NCBI GenBank assembly: GCA_002633005.1
Contig: NMRA01000637.1
Location: 1-64,000 of the forward strand
Length of the DNA: 64,000 nt
Source of the DNA: Phoronis australis
Lineage: Eukaryota; Animalia; Phoronida
Direction of reading: 5' to 3'
A program made the position numbers and the translations under genes. Positions 56,500 through 64,000 of the stretch are shown here, piece by piece; positions within the stretch are counted from its first letter, which is position 1; the number at the start of each line of letters is the position of its first letter. The notes below the pieces were generated by a model. It worked only from the letters and a program-made list of their open reading frames with translations. It did no database searches and was not told the DNA's origin.

Positions 56500-57325
56500 T
56501 TTCCTATACACGAACATGTATTGTTTTTGCCGTCCACACGACAGAGCCAGTACGCCCGAAAACCCAACTTGCGTTTGCGCAACTTGCGTTTGCGCAACTT
56601 GCGTCGGCGTTATCAAAATTTTCCCGTCCATTCGAATAGCCCACACTAATATAAACGTGTCGTTAGTAAATTCATCAAATACGGAGTTTAAAAAATACTC
56701 TGCCGGAAGAGCGCTTCCGAAGTCTATCGTTCTTGCTGTAGTCGAATTCGCTCAATTTCCGTCTTCAAACGAAACTCCGAGAGTAGGTACGTCGTTAGAA
56801 CAACAGGTTCAGCTTGATGTGTGTTTTCAATCGTAACTCCTCGCCGTACACGTAATTTTCCTGAGCGTTTGTCATCTTTTTGTAATTTTATTCAGCACAT
56901 GATCACTCTTTGTAATTCAATTGTAGATATCCGCTTTGTATTTTGACTTTTCCGACTGGGCCCACTTAGAAATCCGTGTATTAGCTGATCGGAAGTAGTT
57001 ACCGTATCTTTTACGGTTATCTCAAACCTTATGCACAAAAGTTGGCCATTTTTACAATGTTTCACGTATGTCTATAGACAAAATGAATTCAGTGGATATG
57101 ATGAGTGGACATAACCGTTCGATAACGATATCCAGGGAGGATTCACTGAATACAGGCGAAAGCGCAACTTTTTCAAAACGTCGTATTCACAGTTCTCGCT
57201 TGGACAGGTGAAAAATTTTAATTTTAAAAACTTTTCGAAAAGAAAAAATTGCGTTTTCGGTCCTATTACGACATTCGTGTGGACGGGAAAAAACGAAACA
57301 AAAACAATACGTGTGGACGCAAAAC
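56500..57325. mobile_element. Degenerate TIR element with CCGTCCACACG motifs, possibly PIF/Harbinger-derived
   Basis: GTATTGTTTTTG..CCGTCCACACGA..CCGAAAAC at left is inverted at right as GTTTTCGG..TCGTGTGGACGG..CAAAAACAATAC. Confidence 0.5.
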
Positions 57326-59946
57326 TAAGTAATATAACTGTAAGCAGTGTAGATTCACAGTTCAAATTTGCCTACGTACATTTAACCCATAAAGTATTTC
57401 TTATTAAGTAAATTCAAGAGCTATTCATAAGGCTGGCTTGTGTTCGAAAGATCAGAACATATTCTCAATTATCGAAACACATCACTAAGTATGAATATGT
57501 AGACATCTGCGGAGTTGTATGTATTCGCGTTTTCTACAGTGAATTGAACTGGGGCAGCCGGGGGCAGTTATTCATCAACTAAACAACATTTTAAATAAGA
57601 TTGTCTCGTGTTGAGAAAGTGAATGTCACAAAGAGTTATTATAGAGAGTTCATAACCAGTGTTAAAGAAGTAACAGACAGTTTCATAAGTTGAAAGAGAA
57701 TAACATTTGTAAGCTTGTCTTTAAGAGCAGAAGGAAATGCAGTGAACTAAAGAAGCGCTCTCTCCCGGAAGTGACAGAAGTGAGATTAAAATCATCCAAC
57801 ACTCGCCCAGCAGACTTTTACTGGCTTTCTTCTTAAGTCGCGTGATGACGTTCTCAATCAGATTGAAGTGGAGAGACGTAAATCGTTAAAGTTTTGTCCG
57901 ATATTGAACTTTAGTGGTGAGAGTAATAAGGAAACACGGTAATATCTTATCAGGGCAAAACTAAATACCATAAAAGACTGAGCAGCAATGTGTTGAATCA
58001 AGACAACAGGTGTCGCAGGTAACACGATATGCGCTGACATTTTGTGTTATTTACAAGCCCACGTGCGTAACTGCAAAATGTTATCTTATCTTGTAAAACG
58101 TTGGAAAATGTAAAAACGTGTCTTGTTAGGGATTTCAGCGAGAATTCTCCGATCTCTTTTCAGCTCCGGGGGCAAAGAGATTTAACATTTCAACCGCTTG
58201 GCGGCGTTCGTGTGGGAGCCATCACACCACCCAGCGTCGTAGACAGGAAGGCTGACGCAGGTGAATCGATTTCAAAAACTGAACTAAATCAAATATATTG
58301 AAAAGTCAAAGATCGATACATTGGTTTGGTAAATTCACATCAAAAAGTCAAGCACCGTGAAGTGGCGAGTTTAAGAATGCCCGTACAAAGGGGATGGACA
58401 CATAGGCCTGCTGAAAAACGCTTCCGTTCAACGTAGGTGCTGAACATTGAGATCACGAAATATCGGCGTATCGAATGGCCCGTGCATTTAAGCTGAAAAG
58501 GTGTAAAATTAAACTGTGTTAAAGGACATGTTTTGTCAAAGTATAGTCTACAAAATTCAGTCTTTGGTTTTACGCAAATCAGTCATTATTTTTTATCACG
58601 TGACCATGTCTTTTTACTGAAATTTACCAAAAACGAAAGGTACACTGATAACATAACAGTGGTAATCATACCATGACCAAGTTAAATGTGTTATAAATAG
58701 TCAAGACGAAATCTCAAAAAACACTGTTACATTTTTCTAAATCTTGAATACCCATTAGTTTTAAGCAACTATTGTTTTTAAAAAATTCTGGAAGACCAAA
58801 TAAATTTTTGACACTCCCTCATGTGGAACACTTTAAAACTATTCCTGACATTGTCCTGGAGAACAGTGCATATATTAAGTACAATATCATTTGAATCCCA
58901 TCAACTACCTTTAAGATGTTCCGAAGTCAGCTAAACTTACATGTTCCATGTCTCCATAAGTTTAACTCAGTCAAATTGTTTCAGTAAGCTCTAGCCATTT
59001 GACATGTTGTTTCTACTATGGAACTGAATTAACAGCTCACCTGTGGTTAATGATACTGTTTGAAAGGATGGACAACTCTGCCAATACGCTTATCTCTTGG
59101 TTACCTCTTTTTGACGTTCTTTGTACACGACGCAACGTTCTAAAGCATTTGTTTGCTATAGAATTGGTTAGATAAATATTTTGTGTGTTTGGATAACCTT
59201 GGTTTTTAATTTACGTTTCAGGTAGTGATTTTGAAGGTAGAACTTAACGATTGATGCAGGTGCGTCCACTCACAATACTTGCCTCTGGGAAAGCTATAAT
59301 TATTAGGCACTCAAAAAGGTTCATAAAATACTCTGAATTTTGAGTAACAAGAAATAGATTTTCTGGGAGCAAATGGTGTTCACTGCTTTTCTGTCTCTGA
59401 AGAATTCCATCGTTCATTTTTTCGAGATATAGACCAGCGTCAGCAGTGTCTCCATATGCACATGAGACGGACAGCTGACTGGATTGGCGGCCAAGACGCG
59501 ATAAGTTTTGATTTTTGAATTAGCGTCAAATAGAACATTCTCGCTGACATGTTTACCTTGAAAAACAAAAAAAAACTCAGGGATCATAGAACGGGAAAAT
59601 CAACATTAGCTCAAATTAAAACCATTTAATATTTTTTGCTTGAAAAATAAAATATGCTAGATATAAACTAGCAAATAAAAAACTTGTTCAGATATGTAGA
59701 AAATTGTGAGGCGTTACTGAACTCAGTGGCGGATCTAGGATATTACAAGGGGGGCCCAACATTTTGTCCGGTTGCAAGCATTTGCGCAAACTGAACCACG
59801 ATTGTAGATGCGCATAGCACCGAATGGGGGAAAAAAATTTCTGTTTTTACCTCTAAAAATCAAGCATTTTCCTTGATTCCTGAAGTATTATCTAAGAACA
59901 AAAGGAAAAAAAAAACAAGGAGAACGTGTGTCCAACAGGAAAAGCT

Positions 59947-60016
59947 GCACGCACCAACGACTCGAACTCACGACCTGGCGCATAGAGAGCGCGTGCGTTA
60001 CCACTACACCACCACG
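59947..60016 (-). mobile_element. tRNA-derived SINE-like sequence
   Basis: Reverse strand TGGTGTAGTGGTAA (A box) ... GAGTTCGAGTC (B box); imperfect cloverleaf. Confidence 0.55.
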
Positions 60017-60524
60017 ATTTAACTACCAAACTCCTACTAAAAGACCTACTTGTTTATGGTTCACAGCGTTTGCGCGCGAAACCTACTTCTTTTCGTAATG
60101 CTATACGTTTTATATTTTGTGCCATCAATTCTTAACAAATTTGTCGTATTTAAAATAGTCTTCAAATGCCCAAAAGACCAAATCCGTTTTTCGTGTTGGC
60201 ATTGCTTTGGAAATCGTCTTAAGATAAGGTTTGACAAAGAGAGTATTGCGAGTTTCTGAGTGATTCACTAAGGCTTCGATTAAAATTCACATCTTACCAG
60301 CAGCTTCTGTATTTTCATCGTCACTCAGGTTCCATTTTCTTTACAAAATGAAGTAAATTTTCTTCATTGCACAGTGGAGCAGACGACGAAAACGGAGTCG
60401 TAGTGCGCAGCGCCACTGCCGGTGGCCTGGGATACCGCGGGAGAGCCTATACTTAGCCATAGTTCCGTTGCGAATGCGCCGTGTTCCGAATTTGACACTT
60501 GAAATTGAGTTTGATCCCCCCCCC

Positions 60525-60685
60525 NNNNNNNNNNNNNNNNNNNNNNNNNNNNNNNNNNNNNNNNNNNNNNNNNNNNNNNNNNNNNNNNNNNNNNNNNNNN
60601 NNNNNNNNNNNNNNNNNNNNNNNNNNNNNNNNNNNNNNNNNNNNNNNNNNNNNNNNNNNNNNNNNNNNNNNNNNNNNNNNNNNNN
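60525..60685. other. Assembly gap (N run) flanked by poly-C
   Basis: 161 Ns. Confidence 0.99.
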
Positions 60686-62374
60686 CCCCCCCCTAAATCC
60701 GCCTATGGAACTAACTTGAACGTTTCGCCAACCTCTGCTAAGACAGGATTCTGACTTAAGTTTCCCGCCGATTTTCCGAACTCCGACCGAATCCACCAGA
60801 TGTCGCACAGATTTGAAAAAGTCAACAGAGGTTGGCGAAACGTTAATTTTCATCTCAAGTAAGTTCAGTAATTTTCTGCATTTTATACTCGTGCTAAATG
60901 AGTCATAACGTACATCGATTTAAAGCTGTTCAGACTTCATTAAAGCAGCTCTTAACCTGTTTTCCGCCAAGAAGACGAATTTCCGATGACCACTACCGCA
61001 GTGCGGATTCGTTGTACTTGCTCTCAAGCAATAACGAGCTAACAGACCTTTCAATCCCCAAAATTGTGCGCAATTTGAATACGGGAAGCATTGATTTTTA
61101 ATCTTCCAAACGAGTGGCAGTTTGTCATTGCTTGAGACTGCTCGGCAAGTAAGATTGGACATGCCGTGATACGCCAACCTGTAGACTCCAGTAGGGGCTG
61201 TTCTGGCGAAGGCCAGGAATCTATTTTGACTGAGTAATAATTTAAGGCCAACTTAGATAATGTAGCAATGCTGCCATCCTGTCATCTGGTGTTCAGGAAG
61301 GGGAATAGCCTCTCACAAAACCCGCTCACAGCCACAGGTTTTGCTGTATAAATGTGGTGACCCACCAAAGTGACTGAGATCAATCATGAGCATGACGTCA
61401 CGGTTCAAAACCTTGAATTGTGAATATGGATCAAATGTAAGACCAAAAGTCACAAGTCACTTTCATGACGCAGACCCTTGTCACGTGGTTAAAGCTTGCA
61501 CGTGCAGAGCGAGGACTTGAACCCAAGACCTTTCAAATACTACAGTAGCCGGACAGTCTGGCCTCATAGTGCCATCAAGACTAGACCACATTTTTTCAAA
61601 CTGGCTAATAGAGTGACGTCAGGCGAAAAACCGACAGTTCCTGTCGGAATGACTTTTCATGCGGTACTCCGTTACTTTGAGAAAACCGTTATTATCGAAC
61701 TAGCTTATTGTCAAGGAGTTAACGAAACAAGTAAATGTTTGAAACGTGCAACAATCGGTTTACAAAGTAAGTAGTCACAGGCGAGCATAATGGACTACCA
61801 GGTAATCAAATTCTCATAAAAGACTTCGTTCGTTTCCTCAGGGACACCTCTGATGGATTATAATCAATTGCCACTCTATTTCTGTCGTTTCTAAAATTAC
61901 TTAATCTATGTTCTTTCAAACTTAGAGGTCCTCCCGGCGGAGGTTGAATTATACAACATTTTTAATTAGGGGACCTTTTTCCGAGGAGCATTCAAGATGA
62001 AATCAGTGCATGCGCTTTCTTGCTTTTGTAAAATCATGCATCAGTGATGTTAAAGGGGTTCACTGCACTCATGAAGGTCCCCTGGCGACGATGGAATCTA
62101 TTATGAGATATTGAGACATGATAAGCCAAACGAAAACAATAATTATGATGGCACTAGCGTTATGTTAATACCAGCGATTATGAAGATAATTATGATGATG
62201 GTAGTAATGACGAAGACGACTACGAAGACGACGACGCTGATGAATATGGGTTTGACGGGTGTCCGAGTTCGACCAAACGCAATAGACCACTTGCCAGATG
62301 TTATGTGCAAGTAACATGTACATATCAATCGGAAAATGTGCGTCCTATGTGATACGCATGCAAACGCACTAGGC

Positions 62375-62600
62375 ACAACACATACGCACAGATATGCTTA
62401 CATATACACATACTTACACACATACATGCATACATATATACGTATGTATATGCATTAATACATGCATGTATGTACACTCAGATACACACGCGCACGCACA
62501 CAGACGCGAAAACGCGCACTCACGCACACACACACGCACGCACGCAGACACACACGAACAAGCATATAAACACACATACATGAGCAACGTTCATACATGA
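62375..62600. repeat. Degenerate (CA)/(TA)/(CG) microsatellite
   Basis: Alternating purine-pyrimidine tract. Confidence 0.9.
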
Positions 62601-64000
62601 CGACAAAATATCATACGCGTGACGAGAAAAGTTAGGGAAATAACAGAATATATGATGCATAAATAAAACAACGGAAGATAAACGTTTGTGGAAATAGGTG
62701 TACCGTACTTTCAGCACTGAAACTGATGTCGCTTAATTCGTGGGTTGGGCAACAGTAAACTGTACATCAACTCTCAAAGACGTCAAAATACAATTATCTT
62801 TGATTGATTATTAAAGCCTAGTGTAAAGTGACTCATTAAATTACTGCCGAAGACCAAATCATAAATAACTTAATCGCTTAATCGATAGACACTGGGATGG
62901 CAAGGTATTACGTTAGCTGCCAACAGGTGTCCTTTTAGGCTGACCAACAAAGTGTATGTCATAGGAACAGAGGTCAGTTTTATCGAAGGACATACTCCCA
63001 CTACTTGCAAAGACGGCCATAGGCACGTTTGTATGAAGCGTCAAATGGTTCTTAAACGAGTAGCCTATTCAAGGCACACAACTGCTTATTCAGCGCATAA
63101 GTATAATTAGTAGGCCTATGCTTTATTTTTGTATGCGTATTGAATTATGCCCAATCAAAGACTACGAACAGAACCGGGAGGTTCTCCAAATTCTTTGTAA
63201 GGGTAAGGATTTCAATCGATTTTGAGGTATTAGGATAAAGTTTCTCTGTTAGAGTTGTCAACCAACAAACATCTCTCACGGACAATTAGCGTCGTGAATG
63301 AATGGCATCCTTAAGCAAGTCATAATTAACTGAATTTTTATGCACATTATAATTTGAAGCTTACTACTTCCTTACAAAGTCAATTACGCATTCTTTAACA
63401 AGCTCGCTATTTAAATATGGGCAAGACTCTCTGAATTTCAGCATTTGTAGTTGAAATGAAGTACGCGTACTGAAATAAAATATGCGTACATAGGTATGCA
63501 TACCGTAACATTCTTATTACCATTTATACGCATTGAACACGCCATTGTGCGCATTGAAAAAGCACATTTTAACGTGCACAAAAAAGGTCATTTAAAAACT
63601 CTTAGAGTTTCATACGCTTTGCGCAAGCTCCCGGCGCTGCGTTTTTAAATGAGCAAAGCGATGAATTCAATACTATATTACTACGTTATAAAAACGAAGA
63701 ATTTTATGTGACGGAAAGGTTCAGTAATGCTCCGCTTTAATACATCAGGGGAAACATTCAGCTTTTTCCTCATCTTCGAAACTCAGACAGTTTATAGCCA
63801 AAGTCTTTTATCAAAACCACAACAAATAAACCCACCTTTCAATAAAACAAAGTTTGATTTAGACCCCTTACGGTTGTGAAGTTGATCTCAACTTGCTTCT
63901 CACTAGGATTAGAAATGACCTGGGTTAAAGAAGAACTGAGAATTGATTATTGCTTAAGACGAGACCCAATAAGTTGGCTTCAGTCAGTCGACTAGACTGT

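Noticed and set aside
60341-60853. 170-aa ORF in the supplied track
   Set aside because: Spans the N gap; artefact.

Overview
AT-rich animal genomic DNA with spliceosomal introns, probably molluscan or otherwise lophotrochozoan (inferred from the PKA exon sequences). Most of the window is one minus-strand gene for the catalytic subunit of cAMP-dependent protein kinase (PKA-C). Ten coding exon positions can be read directly (13422-44688) with canonical GT-AG sites and vertebrate-like exon sizes. The catalytic-loop exon is present as three tandem, intact, 127-nt mutually exclusive copies (22276-23250), with candidate docking/selector RNA pairings around them. Besides the myristoylatable MGNTPASKKGDPAEN exon, four more phase-compatible candidate first exons or microexons are spread over 34.7-56.2 kb. 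The left 11 kb holds an orphan minus-strand exon, a plus-strand PARP12/13-like ART-domain exon with an inactive-looking Y-Y-V triad and a PPxY tail, and an old tandem duplicate of that exon plus an L2/CR1-group LINE fragment. A THAP-encoding Kolobok-like element with ~300-bp TIRs is inserted in the second LINE copy. The rest is introns with MITEs, tRNA-derived SINE remnants, minisatellites and assembly gaps. All calls were made by eye; no searches were run.
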